Shown here one piece after another: positions 37,472 through 47,318 of a stretch of 64,000 nucleotides of DNA. Below the pieces are notes generated by a model. The model did no database searches. It saw only the letters and a program-made list of their open reading frames with translations, and was not told the origin of the DNA. Source of the stretch: Candidatus Woesearchaeota archaeon (GTDB lineage: Archaea; Nanobdellota; Nanobdellia; Pacearchaeales; GW2011-AR1). Both the position numbers and the translations under genes were made by a program. The DNA is taken from NCBI GenBank assembly GCA_964372205.1, contig CAYJQB010000001.1, positions 13,180-77,179 of the forward strand. Reading direction: 5' to 3'. Each line of letters opens with the position of its first letter. The stretch's first letter is position 1.

Positions 37472-37548
37472 TTTTTTTCAAAATTTAGACATTATTTAAA
37501 AGTTTGGATAGCCGAAATCTATATAAAACTACCTTTGAACCAAAGATA

Positions 37549-38622
37549 ATGGTAAGAAGAATTTGTTTCTTCAGCGTAGGTTTCGCATTCAATAGACTGG
37601 TACGATTGAGATATTACGAAAAAATATTTCCTAAAAATATAGAAATTTTTTTGATAACCACAGACAAGCACAAAGACATCCATAAATGGAAGCTCAATCG
37701 AACAAAGATTATAACTCTTCAAAACAATCCTCTAAAAAATATGTTTGAGATAAGAAAATTATGTAAGAAAAATGACATTGAAATAGTCAGCAATCTGGGG
37801 CATCCTTTCGGTATAATTCCTTTAATTTTTGCAAGCTTGTTTAACCGAAAGAAAGTGCTCTTGTACTTTCTAGGAGATATTTTAGAGATTTACAAAACAA
37901 CTAATTTGTCTTCAAAGAAGATAAAATTATTCTTGATAATTTTGCCATATGTTTTTCTCTCAGCTTTTTCTGATAAAGTAGCCTTCGTAGGATACAGAAG
38001 CTATAAAAAATCATCTATAGCCATGTTGCTTCCTAAAAAAAAGGCTCGTTATTTACTAGCACCCGTAAATGTCAATCTGTTCAAACCTCTTAAAAAATCA
38101 AAAAGTAGAAAAAAACTAAACATTGGAAAAGATAAAAAGATAGTTCTCTTCGTCGGAAGAGTTACTTATCTGAAGGGAGGAGACCTTTTATGTAAATTAA
38201 TCCTTGCAAATCCTCAAATAGACTTCATCGTGATAGGAAAATGGGTGGATAAAGAAATTCCCAAAATCAAGGCGTCCAATCTTAAAGTAATCGACGCAGT
38301 TCCGAATCAGAATCTTCCAGACTACTACTCTTCTGCAGACTTGGTCTTTGCTTATAACAGACAAGGTGACCAGCCTCAAATTGTAGGAGGAGAGTCTCTT
38401 GCTTGTGGGGTGCCAGTAATACACACAAAAAGAATACATGCTCCAGACAAAGAATTCATAATCAAAGTTGCAGATGACTTGTCTGATGCAAATAAAAAGA
38501 TTAACCTTTTCTTAAAGAAAAAAGCAAGTAAAAATCTCTCAAAATCTGCGAGGGAATATGCAGTAAAATATCTTTCAGACGAATCTTGGGAAAATAAATA
38601 TCTGGAATTTTACTTACATTAA
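37549..38622 (+). CDS. Glycosyltransferase family 4
   Basis: LFVGRVTYLKG, ESLACGVPVI. Confidence 0.82.
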   Translation: MVRRICFFSVGFAFNRLVRLRYYEKIFPKNIEIFLITTDKHKDIHKWKLNRTKIITLQNNPLKNMFEIRKLCKKNDIEIVSNLGHPFGIIPLIFASLFNRKKVLLYFLGDILEIYKTTNLSSKKIKLFLIILPYVFLSAFSDKVAFVGYRSYKKSSIAMLLPKKKARYLLAPVNVNLFKPLKKSKSRKKLNIGKDKKIVLFVGRVTYLKGGDLLCKLILANPQIDFIVIGKWVDKEIPKIKASNLKVIDAVPNQNLPDYYSSADLVFAYNRQGDQPQIVGGESLACGVPVIHTKRIHAPDKEFIIKVADDLSDANKKINLFLKKKASKNLSKSAREYAVKYLSDESWENKYLEFYLH

Positions 38623-38656
38623 TTTTATATAATCCTCCAAGGTTAATACTTTTAAA

Positions 38657-38727
38657 GCTGCTGTGGTGTAACGGTAACACGCTTCCTTCACGTGGAAGAA
38701 CTCGAGGTTCAATTCCTTGCGGCGGCA
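38657..38727 (+). tRNA. tRNA-Val (CAC)
   Basis: GCTGCTG/CGGCGGC acceptor; CTTCC-TTCACGT-GGAAG; GGTTCAATTCC. Confidence 0.9.
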
Positions 38728-39416
38728 TCTCTGATTAGTTCGTCATGAGTGCTTTTTTCTATTTTACCAATACGCTTCTTAATTAGGTTGTTTATTTCCC
38801 AGAATATTTTAAAGTTTCTTATCAATTTTCTTCTGATTGCAGTAAATAAAGGATAATCTAGATAATAATATACAAGCTCCCCACCCCATTCTTCTTTGAA
38901 AGAGTTCACATTCTTCAAATGACCTCTAGCTTTTATCTGCCACCCACCCAAGTCTACAAAGGAATACTCATTCTCCAGAGAATATTTTAGAGTTATCCAA
39001 TACATGTAATCGTTAGGGCGAAATTGGTTGAATTCCTTTTTGTTAGCAAATACCAAAGGCCTTATACCCCTTTTTCCAGAATCTTTCCCATAAAGTTTAT
39101 CAGAGACTTCTCCAAGGATAAAACATCCCACAACTTCATTGTCCTTCTTGATAAAGAATAGTTTATCTCCCGCAGGTTCAACAAACTTTCTCCATTTTTC
39201 ATAAACCCACTTAATTGCTCCACCCTCTTCTAAGATAGTCATATGCATCTCAAACATTTTTTCCAAGTCTTTATCAGAATTAGCTTTTTCATATGTCAAG
39301 CCCGACTTTATAGATTGTTTGACGTACTTTCTTCGGGTATACTTTACATTGCGCCAGACTTCCTCCTCAGTTTTGCCCTCCAGACTAATTATAAGAGTAG
39401 CATTTATATCTTTCAT
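38709..39416 (-). CDS. FemAB-like GNAT-fold protein
   Basis: RRKYVKQS, RPNDYMYW, VDLGG, FKEEWGG. Confidence 0.75.
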   Translation of the reverse strand: MKDINATLIISLEGKTEEEVWRNVKYTRRKYVKQSIKSGLTYEKANSDKDLEKMFEMHMTILEEGGAIKWVYEKWRKFVEPAGDKLFFIKKDNEVVGCFILGEVSDKLYGKDSGKRGIRPLVFANKKEFNQFRPNDYMYWITLKYSLENEYSFVDLGGWQIKARGHLKNVNSFKEEWGGELVYYYLDYPLFTAIRRKLIRNFKIFWEINNLIKKRIGKIEKSTHDELIRDAAARN

Positions 39417-39450
39417 AACCTTGCTAAAAAAAAGAGCTTAAAATAGTTTG

Positions 39451-40170
39451 TCATTTTTTCTTTCTAAAAAGAAAATACATAGGGGTGGATACTTTAGACA
39501 TTCTATCAGCCAAAAGAGAGTTTAGCTTGTAGGAGGTTTTATGGGCGGATTTTGGAAATAATTTAATCGGTAGAAATACTTTTGATTTTACTTCTTTGAT
39601 TTCCAGACTATTTTTACTTGCTAACTTTTTAACGTCATTATAGCTCAGAAGATTAAAATGGCGCAGTTTTCCAGTCATCAATCTTAACTTGGTAGTTGGA
39701 TAGGAAAAGGAATGTTTATTGAAGAAATCAAGGATTAAAAATCCTCCAGGTTTAGTCACTCTAACCATTTCAGTTACAATTTTCTTATAATTAGGAGTAT
39801 GGCAAAGGAACTTCGAGCTTATGACAACAGAAAAAGTGTTATTTGGAAATGGTAGTTTCTCAGCATCAGATTTTACTAGTTTGGCTGAAGGATAGCTCTT
39901 TTCAGCAATTTTAAGCATATCTTCGGAAATATCAACTCCATAGACTTTACGAGAGCCGTAATGTTTGAACATTATTCCAGTTCCACAAGCTACATCCAGA
40001 ATCTTCCCTTTAGGAGGCACGCTTGATAAAAAGGACTCAATTATTTTACCTTCCCTATCAAGAACGTCTTTCTGTCTGATGTCATTAAGTCTTGCAAAAT
40101 TGTATTTCAAGGCAGTCTCACCCGAATAGTGCTTATCTAATTTTTTTTTGATTTCTTGTCCCTTTGCCAT
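39451..40170 (-). CDS. Class I SAM-dependent methyltransferase
   Basis: ILDVACGTG, GVDISEDML, DAEKLPF, RVTKPGG. Confidence 0.9.
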   Translation of the reverse strand: MAKGQEIKKKLDKHYSGETALKYNFARLNDIRQKDVLDREGKIIESFLSSVPPKGKILDVACGTGIMFKHYGSRKVYGVDISEDMLKIAEKSYPSAKLVKSDAEKLPFPNNTFSVVISSKFLCHTPNYKKIVTEMVRVTKPGGFLILDFFNKHSFSYPTTKLRLMTGKLRHFNLLSYNDVKKLASKNSLEIKEVKSKVFLPIKLFPKSAHKTSYKLNSLLADRMSKVSTPMYFLFRKKK

Positions 40171-40780
40171 ATTTTGATAGAATAAATATCTTATTTATAA
40201 GTGTTGCCAAGTATAACACGGAGTAGAATACTATCAATATTGAGAAAAACTTGAACATAAACAAGAAGAAAAATATTGTAAATGGGCCATCTATAGGAAG
40301 AAAGGAGTATATCGGCGACAAGATTCCTTGTTTTTCAGTAGGGCTTCTCAGTCTGTCTAAAGAAATTCCTTTATTTCTGAGCCAAATCTGTTCAGCTACA
40401 AGATTAGCAATTATCAATCCAGATCCCAAGAACCCGAGCACTAAGTTGATTGTATTTGAAGAGTAATTTAAGGTTACTGCAAGGAGAAACAGCATCGATA
40501 CCACATAATGTGCACCTCTATCAAATATATTCCATTTTATAGAGAAAGATTTGTAATACTTAGCCAGCTCTCCATCAATGTAATCTACAAGGAATACAAT
40601 TTGGTATATGAACAATACTATAATTGCAACCTTGAAATCAAAAAAGATTATAGAAAATGCAGCAAACAATGCAAAAGCTATTCTAAACAACACTAAACTT
40701 TCAGGCATTATTCCTAGTCTTTTACATAACGGGAGCAAATGTCTTTTAGCGATACCTCTTAATAATCTGGACTTATACAT
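40133..40780 (-). CDS. CDP-alcohol phosphatidyltransferase family protein
   Basis: DYIDGELA...FDR motif within TM helices. Confidence 0.75.
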   Translation of the reverse strand: MYKSRLLRGIAKRHLLPLCKRLGIMPESLVLFRIAFALFAAFSIIFFDFKVAIIVLFIYQIVFLVDYIDGELAKYYKSFSIKWNIFDRGAHYVVSMLFLLAVTLNYSSNTINLVLGFLGSGLIIANLVAEQIWLRNKGISLDRLRSPTEKQGILSPIYSFLPIDGPFTIFFFLFMFKFFSILIVFYSVLYLATLINKIFILSKYGKGTRNQKKIR

Positions 40781-40821
40781 TTTTGTTCATATCTTACAAA
40801 ATTAATAAACATTATGAATAG

Positions 40822-41547
40822 TCATAGACTGTGGTTGACCAGTTGGAAATAATAATCCAGCTTGAAATTCCTTTTCAGGACATAATAAATCTTAGGATGT
40901 TTTTTCATCATTTTTTTTGATTCGTTTATGACTTTCCTAACAAATGGAGCTCTGCTTTTTCTTACAATCTTCTTCTCAGGATCTCTATAAATTGTGTTAA
41001 ACCTTTTATTCATACTCGGAGGACTAAAATCTCTCACACCTAAAAATCTAAAGAGCCTATTAAGTTCATAATGTTTATTCTCATTTTCCATATCAAAAAT
41101 GAACAAATTCTCCTTACCAAATTCTTTTAACCAAGGTTCAATATAATTTTGTTGATTTATCATTTCAACAGGGTTATCACTAACATCCGTTCCATCAACC
41201 AAGTCGTAGAACTTTGCCACATTGTAAGCGGATTCTGCCCTCTTTTTTTCGTTTCTCTGATAAATAATAATCTTCACATTGGGAAATAGCTGCTTCAGAA
41301 GCTTTGCAGATTCCTTTTTGAAGATTATCAATGTGCTAATCTCGCCCACAACTTTATTAAAATCACATTTTTTGAATTTTTTCTCATAATTCTTTAGGCC
41401 CATTACACGGTATTCATCTGGAAAATAATTTATTTCGGTATGAAGATTAAATTTAGGTATACTGATGTCTGGATGTTCATAGAGACAGTGAGTTAGCCAA
41501 CTAGAGCCACTTCTTCCAAACCCCACTCCAATAAAATCTAATTTCAT
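40822..41547 (-). CDS. Sulfotransferase-like protein
   Basis: DFIGVGFGRSGSSWL...HPDI...EINYF...GEIS...KIII..R...RAESAY. Confidence 0.75.
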   Translation of the reverse strand: MKLDFIGVGFGRSGSSWLTHCLYEHPDISIPKFNLHTEINYFPDEYRVMGLKNYEKKFKKCDFNKVVGEISTLIIFKKESAKLLKQLFPNVKIIIYQRNEKKRAESAYNVAKFYDLVDGTDVSDNPVEMINQQNYIEPWLKEFGKENLFIFDMENENKHYELNRLFRFLGVRDFSPPSMNKRFNTIYRDPEKKIVRKSRAPFVRKVINESKKMMKKHPKIYYVLKRNFKLDYYFQLVNHSL

Positions 41548-41548
41548 A

Positions 41549-42193
41549 TTATTTTTTGATGAGTTTGTTTCTCAATAAAATTTGTCTTCCAATTCGATGG
41601 TATATTATTTTAGCTTTGTCTATCTTAAATCCTTCTCTTTCCAATATTTGTTTTAGTTCTTTGATATTGTATTGATAAATCTTATATCCTGTTATTCTGA
41701 ATAATCTCTGATAAAAGAATCCAACAACTCTCCTGATTGCTGACTTATCTTCAGCATCAAAAATCAAATAACCTCCGTCTTTAAGCACCCTCTTACTCTC
41801 ATTTATAGCCCTAATCAAATCCTCCCTGTCAAGATGGTTCCATACTCTCATGGTGACTACTTTATCGAAAGAATTGTCTTTGAATGGCATCTTGAACATA
41901 TCCGCATGCAAGCACTTAGCTTTAGGATTTTTAGAATTGGCTATTTTAAGCATACCTTCTGAAGTGTCTATCGCAGTAACTTCTCCTAAATGTTTAGTAA
42001 GAAATCCCGAACTGCATCCAAGTTCCAAGACTTTTTCCTTACCCTTTTTATCAATCAACTCTAAAAAATATCTTAACTCGACAGCCCTTTTTCTTCTTCT
42101 ATAAGACGTTCCTTCTCTTTGACCATCATAAGTTCCAGTCACATTTCTTTGTCGATAATAGTCTGTAAACTTACTAGCATTCTTACTTTTCAT
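41549..42193 (-). CDS. Class I SAM-dependent methyltransferase
   Basis: VLELGCSSG, MPFKDNSFD, RVLKDGG. Confidence 0.88.
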   Translation of the reverse strand: MKSKNASKFTDYYRQRNVTGTYDGQREGTSYRRRKRAVELRYFLELIDKKGKEKVLELGCSSGFLTKHLGEVTAIDTSEGMLKIANSKNPKAKCLHADMFKMPFKDNSFDKVVTMRVWNHLDREDLIRAINESKRVLKDGGYLIFDAEDKSAIRRVVGFFYQRLFRITGYKIYQYNIKELKQILEREGFKIDKAKIIYHRIGRQILLRNKLIKK

Positions 42194-42217
42194 TATTTTA
42201 TTTACTTTTAGCCCCTT

Positions 42218-42505
42218 TTAAAGTTTTTTAAGATATTCTTTATGGCTTCGAGTATAATAAAAAACATAAATCCCTATATATATTAGGGTAGTGATTATGG
42301 CGATAGTATACTTAATCACAAGGGGCGATTGAGCTATCAGAACTGCGTAAATCAGTGCAATCATATTGGCCAGCAAGAAAATAACAAAAAGAAACAGACT
42401 GACTCCACTTGTATCTTTGGATTTTAAAGTTTTAATCATTTGAGGAATTATCATAATTGAGAATAAGAATGTGGCAATCCACCCTAAAATCTGTGCAAGA
42501 TCCAT
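42218..42505 (-). CDS. SemiSWEET/PQ-loop transporter
   Basis: ILGWIA...IPQMIKTLKSKDTSGVS; three TM. Confidence 0.85.
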   Translation of the reverse strand: MDLAQILGWIATFLFSIMIIPQMIKTLKSKDTSGVSLFLFVIFLLANMIALIYAVLIAQSPLVIKYTIAIITTLIYIGIYVFYYTRSHKEYLKKL

Positions 42506-42579
42506 CTATCTGGGTTCGGCTAGAGATTTATAAATTTTAGTATAGATATCTTTTTAAGTTAAACTCAATTAAAAAATTT

Positions 42580-43569
42580 ATGTCTGGAAACTTTAAGATA
42601 ATCAGCACTATAGGTCCAGGGTCTAACAATCCAAAAATTTTAGAAAGCCTCAAAGAAAAAGGAGTAAACTTCTTTAGAATAAACCTATCGCATACTGATG
42701 AAGAAGACATAGAGGACAGAATAAAAGACCTCCTGCCATACAAAGTACCCATAATCCTAGATACGGAAGGTTCTCAGATAAGGTCGGGCAATAACGAAGA
42801 AATGTTTCTAAAAGAAGGAGAAGAGATTAAAATATTTAATAAAAAGATTGATTGCAACAGCACTAAACTATTTTTTAGACCTTTCAATGTTATAAACAAG
42901 CTAAAAGTCGGAGACACAATCCATGTCGATTTTGAGATGACTTCTTTGGAAGTAATAAACACTTCTCACCTCAGCGAAGGGTATGTCATTTGTAAAATAA
43001 TAAATGGTGGGCCAGTAGGATCCAAAAAAGGAGTTCACATAGAAGGAAGTTTTAATTTTCCAGCATTCAGTCAAAAAGATAAGAGAGCTATAGATTTAGC
43101 GAAAAAATATGATATTGGCACATTCACACTATCATTCATAAGAAATGCGAAAGAGGTACAGGAGTTCAAGGAGCTTTATCCAGGGGCAATAGCATATTCC
43201 AAAATCGAATGCAAACAAGCAGTAGAAAATATGGATGAGATAATTGACATAGCAGATGGAGTTCTAGTAGACAGGGGCGATTTAAGCAGAGAGGTAGAAT
43301 CAGAATCTATTCCATTCATAAAGAAAGAAATAATCAAAAGATGCAATATTGTAGGGAAGCCCGTATTTGTAGCCACAAACACCTTAGAAAGCATGGCTTC
43401 TTCTTTAAGATATAACCAAGCTGAAATCAATGATGTGGCAAACATTCTCCTAGATGGGGCCACAGGAATCGCATTGACAAAGGAGACTGCAGTAGGAAAG
43501 TATCCCATAGAAACTGTTGAAAGATTGCTAAAAATTATGAAGGAAGCGGAAAAGACTAGAGGCAGTTAA
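42580..43569 (+). CDS. Pyruvate kinase-like protein lacking the C-terminal domain
   Basis: TIGP, RINLSH, KIE, RGDL, AT..LESM, ETAVGKYP; only 329 aa. Confidence 0.85.
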   Translation: MSGNFKIISTIGPGSNNPKILESLKEKGVNFFRINLSHTDEEDIEDRIKDLLPYKVPIILDTEGSQIRSGNNEEMFLKEGEEIKIFNKKIDCNSTKLFFRPFNVINKLKVGDTIHVDFEMTSLEVINTSHLSEGYVICKIINGGPVGSKKGVHIEGSFNFPAFSQKDKRAIDLAKKYDIGTFTLSFIRNAKEVQEFKELYPGAIAYSKIECKQAVENMDEIIDIADGVLVDRGDLSREVESESIPFIKKEIIKRCNIVGKPVFVATNTLESMASSLRYNQAEINDVANILLDGATGIALTKETAVGKYPIETVERLLKIMKEAEKTRGS

Positions 43570-43613
43570 GCATCCATAGGTATATTTTAAAACCCTCTTA
43601 AATACAGATTTTC

Positions 43614-44753
43614 ATGAAAATAGCTCATGTGGCTCCAGAATTTTACCCAGCCATAGGAGGTGTAGGCCAGGTTGTCAGAGAGCTAGCAAAAAGACAAGCA
43701 AGAGCAGGACACGAAGTTCATGTTTTTGCGCCAGCATGGGACAAAAAAGGAAGAATTCCCCCCCGTGATGAAAATATTGAAGGAATCCATCTGCATAGGT
43801 GCGTTTATTGGTTCAGAGCAGCGAATTTCATGACTTTCTGGCCATCTTTTTTCCTTAAGATTCTTAAGGAAGACTTTGATGTAATCCATAGTCATTTGTT
43901 TGCACACCCACATTTTGTCCTTTCAGCATTGTGTGCGAAATTAAAGGGAATACCTCACATACACACAACTCATTGTCCGTGGAGCGATGCTCCAAGGTCT
44001 TTGGTGGGAAGGTTTGGAGTAATAATGAGTTACAATGTTTTTTCAAGGTTGGCTCTAAAACTGACTGACAAGATAATCGCAATTACTCCTTGGGAGAACG
44101 AGATGATTAAAAGATATGGGGGAGACAAATCTAAGATAGTGAACATTCCCAATGGGATGTCTGAAATGTTTTTCAAAAGAGTAAATAAAAATGATTTCAA
44201 AAAAAGACTAGGGATAAAAGATGACTTGGTTTTATTTTTTGGAAGACTGAACATTACAAAGTCCCCTGAAGATTTTGTGAAGATTGCGAAAGAGGTGCTG
44301 AAAAAAAGGCCGAAAACAACTTTTGTCATAAGGGGACCAGATGAAGGTATGAAAAAAGAAGTAAAGAAGTTGATAGGGTCAGAAAAGAAGATAATTCTTC
44401 TAGAAGAAACTCGTGACAGAAACGAAATAGTAAAAATGTATCAAGACTCTCAGATTTATGTCTTACCCAGCTATAGGGAAGGATTGCCTCTTACAATTTT
44501 TGAAGCTATGGCATCAGGTTTACCAATTATAGCGACTCCCGTGAACGGAATTCCTTACGAGATAAGGCAACCAGACAATGGATTTTTAATACAGCACGGA
44601 GACATAAATGGTTTCGCAAATAAAATCATAGAACTATTGGATAATAAAAAATTACTTAAGAAAATATCTGAATCAAATATAAAAAAATCGAAGAAGTACG
44701 ACTGGGATTTAATCAATAAAGAAACTCTAAACTTATATTCAATCAAAAAATGA
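43614..44753 (+). CDS. Glycosyltransferase family 4
   Basis: FYPAIGG, FFGRL, EGLPLTIFEAMASG. Confidence 0.9.
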   Translation: MKIAHVAPEFYPAIGGVGQVVRELAKRQARAGHEVHVFAPAWDKKGRIPPRDENIEGIHLHRCVYWFRAANFMTFWPSFFLKILKEDFDVIHSHLFAHPHFVLSALCAKLKGIPHIHTTHCPWSDAPRSLVGRFGVIMSYNVFSRLALKLTDKIIAITPWENEMIKRYGGDKSKIVNIPNGMSEMFFKRVNKNDFKKRLGIKDDLVLFFGRLNITKSPEDFVKIAKEVLKKRPKTTFVIRGPDEGMKKEVKKLIGSEKKIILLEETRDRNEIVKMYQDSQIYVLPSYREGLPLTIFEAMASGLPIIATPVNGIPYEIRQPDNGFLIQHGDINGFANKIIELLDNKKLLKKISESNIKKSKKYDWDLINKETLNLYSIKK

Positions 44754-45625
44754 TTTCAGTAGTAATAACTTCATTCAAGGAAGAAAAAACTATAGGCCGA
44801 GCCATAAAAGCTATTCTGCCACAGATATCAAAACAGGACGAGCTTATAATCACAGCTCCAGACGATTTAACTATAGAGGAGGCTAAAAAATATTCCCGTT
44901 TAGACAGCAGGGTCAAAATTCTAAGAGACGAGGGGAAGGGAAAGTCACCCGCGATGAATGCCGTAATCCCAAAATGTAATGGAGAATTAATAATATTTAC
45001 AGATGGAGACGTATTTATAGGTGAAGATTCAATAAATAGTCTAACCTCGCCATTTAAAGATTCTAAAGTGGGAGCTGTATGTGGGAGACCAATGTCTGTT
45101 AATGATAAGAGCAACCTTTTTGGCTTTTGGGCGTATCTTCTTACTGAAATAGCCCATACTCGAAGAAAGAGAGCATATAAGACAGGAAGACGATTCTTTT
45201 GCAGTGGGTACCTTTTTGCTATCAGAAAAAAATTGTTTCCTAATTTAATTGAAAACCTCCTATCTGAAGATGGTTATATTTCCCATCAAGTCTACGAATC
45301 AGGACACCTGATTTATTATCAAGATAAATCAAAGGTTTATGTAAAATACCCTGATAATTTTAAGGACTGGATAAATCAAAAAAAAAGAAGCGCTGGAGGA
45401 TATAATCAAATAAAAAAATTGATAGGAGTAGAAATGAGGTCTTTCCGTAAAGAGTCCTTGGGAGTCTTAGACTTTTTGAGATACGTTACAAACACAAGAA
45501 GAGCTTATTGGATAATTCTTCTATTTTTTTCAAGAGTTTATCTCTGGGCAGTTATTTATAGAGACATCAACATGCGAAAAAAATCTCACAGAGACATTTG
45601 GAAAAGAGTGGAAAGCACAAAATAA
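44750..45625 (+). CDS. Glycosyltransferase family 2
   Basis: ISVVIT, GKSPAMN, FTDGD, SEDG, QKKR. Confidence 0.88.
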   Translation: MISVVITSFKEEKTIGRAIKAILPQISKQDELIITAPDDLTIEEAKKYSRLDSRVKILRDEGKGKSPAMNAVIPKCNGELIIFTDGDVFIGEDSINSLTSPFKDSKVGAVCGRPMSVNDKSNLFGFWAYLLTEIAHTRRKRAYKTGRRFFCSGYLFAIRKKLFPNLIENLLSEDGYISHQVYESGHLIYYQDKSKVYVKYPDNFKDWINQKKRSAGGYNQIKKLIGVEMRSFRKESLGVLDFLRYVTNTRRAYWIILLFFSRVYLWAVIYRDINMRKKSHRDIWKRVESTK

Positions 45626-45659
45626 ATACAAATAAAAAACCTCGATTCGTAATAGAAAT

Positions 45660-47318
45660 ATGTCAGATAAAAGAAAAGAGCAATTAAAAAACTGGTTGAA
45701 AAATTATGAAAATTTTGCCCTAGTGATTATAGTTATAGCAACCCTAATTATAAGACTTTATTATTTCGGACTGACAAATGGCCAGCCTCTTTGGTGGGAT
45801 GAAGCAGATTACCTCGCATATGCAAAAAACCTTGCAGGGTACCCTGTAAGTTGGATAGTCACAGCACAGCATAATTCTCTCTATTCTTTTTTAGCAGCAA
45901 TTCTTTTCAGTAGCGGGTTAGGAGAAACAGGAATTAAGCTATTACTACAGCTTGTTCCTTCAACACTTAGTGTAATCTTGGTTTATTTAATCGCATCCAA
46001 GATGTATAATGATAAACGAATAGGCATTGCAGCAGCTTTCGCAATAGGATTTTTCTGGGAGCACCTGTTTAACTCAACCAGATTTCACGTTGATATCCCT
46101 GCCCTGTTTTTTGGGTTTTTAGCGATATACATCTTTTGGACAGGATATGAGAAAAAAGAAAAGATATTCAGAAAAATAAATTCTAACTATGCGATACCTC
46201 TTACAGTTTTATCTTTAATATTAGCATACTCTATAAGAAGAGGTTATATTTTGTTTGCCGCCTTTCCATTAGTCTATGTTATTTTGACTAAGAACTGGAA
46301 GCATTTGGTTAAAGACAAAATGAATTGGTTCAGCCTTATACTAGGTATAGTGTTATTCTTCCTGATAGAAACAACAATCTTTTCTTCAGGAATAGGATAT
46401 GTAAGCGGAACCTACTTTCATGAAGAGCTACCTATCAATTTCTTGCCCTTAAAGGTTTTCGGAGCTTTCTTCATCTTAGGGGGAATTACAAAAAGCATTT
46501 GGTTTTACCTGTTCTTAATTGGAATAGCTTTGATGATTTCAAGACTGGCTTTATCATATGGATACATAAAAAAACCTGAAAATTATGAGACGCGTGCAGA
46601 CTTGTTCAATGTTTTAAGCATAGTAATCACCCTAGCATTTTTTATTCTCATTTTAAGAACTCCAGATACATTCGGAGAACCAAGGTGGTATTTTCCACTT
46701 TTATTTGCCACTTTAATAAGCATAAGCAAATCATCGATTTTCATTGCGGACTTTTTCAAAAAGTATCATAAAAGCTTGAGTCTTGCGGTTCTTGTATTAC
46801 TATTAGGTTTAGGAGCATTTTATCAGCTTAATCAGGCAGATGACTCCATCCGGTCAAAATTAGAGTCATTTGGAAACATAAGAGATGTCAGTCTTTCCCT
46901 CAAAGAGAAAATGTCCGAGGATGAAATAATAATAACTAAAGGGCAACCGCAAGTAGAGTATTATTCAGAGAGGAAAACTGTGAATCCTCAGGACTGGGCA
47001 GGAGCAGATTTTCGTAATTCTAGTCTGACTAAAGAGCATTTTGAGGCAACAATGAAAAAAATATCAGAAACCCCAGAAGCAAAATATATGATAATCACTT
47101 TCTCAGAGCATAGCTACCCTCAATGGATGCAAAAAATTCAGTATGATGAAAGTGGAAGAACCGTCTCATGGGAAATTCCGTTTTTAGACACCAGAATAAA
47201 TTTTGTCACAGGTGAGCAAAAGATTGAACCCTCTGCAACTTATGAAGATTATAATCTTACTTTCACACTCATTGATATAAAACAAGAAGTTTTCGTATAT
47301 AGAATATCAGGAAATTAA
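45660..47318 (+). CDS. GT-C fold glycosyltransferase (PMT/ArnT-like)
   Basis: LWWDEADY after the first TM, multiple TMs, EPRWYFP. Confidence 0.8.
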   Translation: MSDKRKEQLKNWLKNYENFALVIIVIATLIIRLYYFGLTNGQPLWWDEADYLAYAKNLAGYPVSWIVTAQHNSLYSFLAAILFSSGLGETGIKLLLQLVPSTLSVILVYLIASKMYNDKRIGIAAAFAIGFFWEHLFNSTRFHVDIPALFFGFLAIYIFWTGYEKKEKIFRKINSNYAIPLTVLSLILAYSIRRGYILFAAFPLVYVILTKNWKHLVKDKMNWFSLILGIVLFFLIETTIFSSGIGYVSGTYFHEELPINFLPLKVFGAFFILGGITKSIWFYLFLIGIALMISRLALSYGYIKKPENYETRADLFNVLSIVITLAFFILILRTPDTFGEPRWYFPLLFATLISISKSSIFIADFFKKYHKSLSLAVLVLLLGLGAFYQLNQADDSIRSKLESFGNIRDVSLSLKEKMSEDEIIITKGQPQVEYYSERKTVNPQDWAGADFRNSSLTKEHFEATMKKISETPEAKYMIITFSEHSYPQWMQKIQYDESGRTVSWEIPFLDTRINFVTGEQKIEPSATYEDYNLTFTLIDIKQEVFVYRISGN

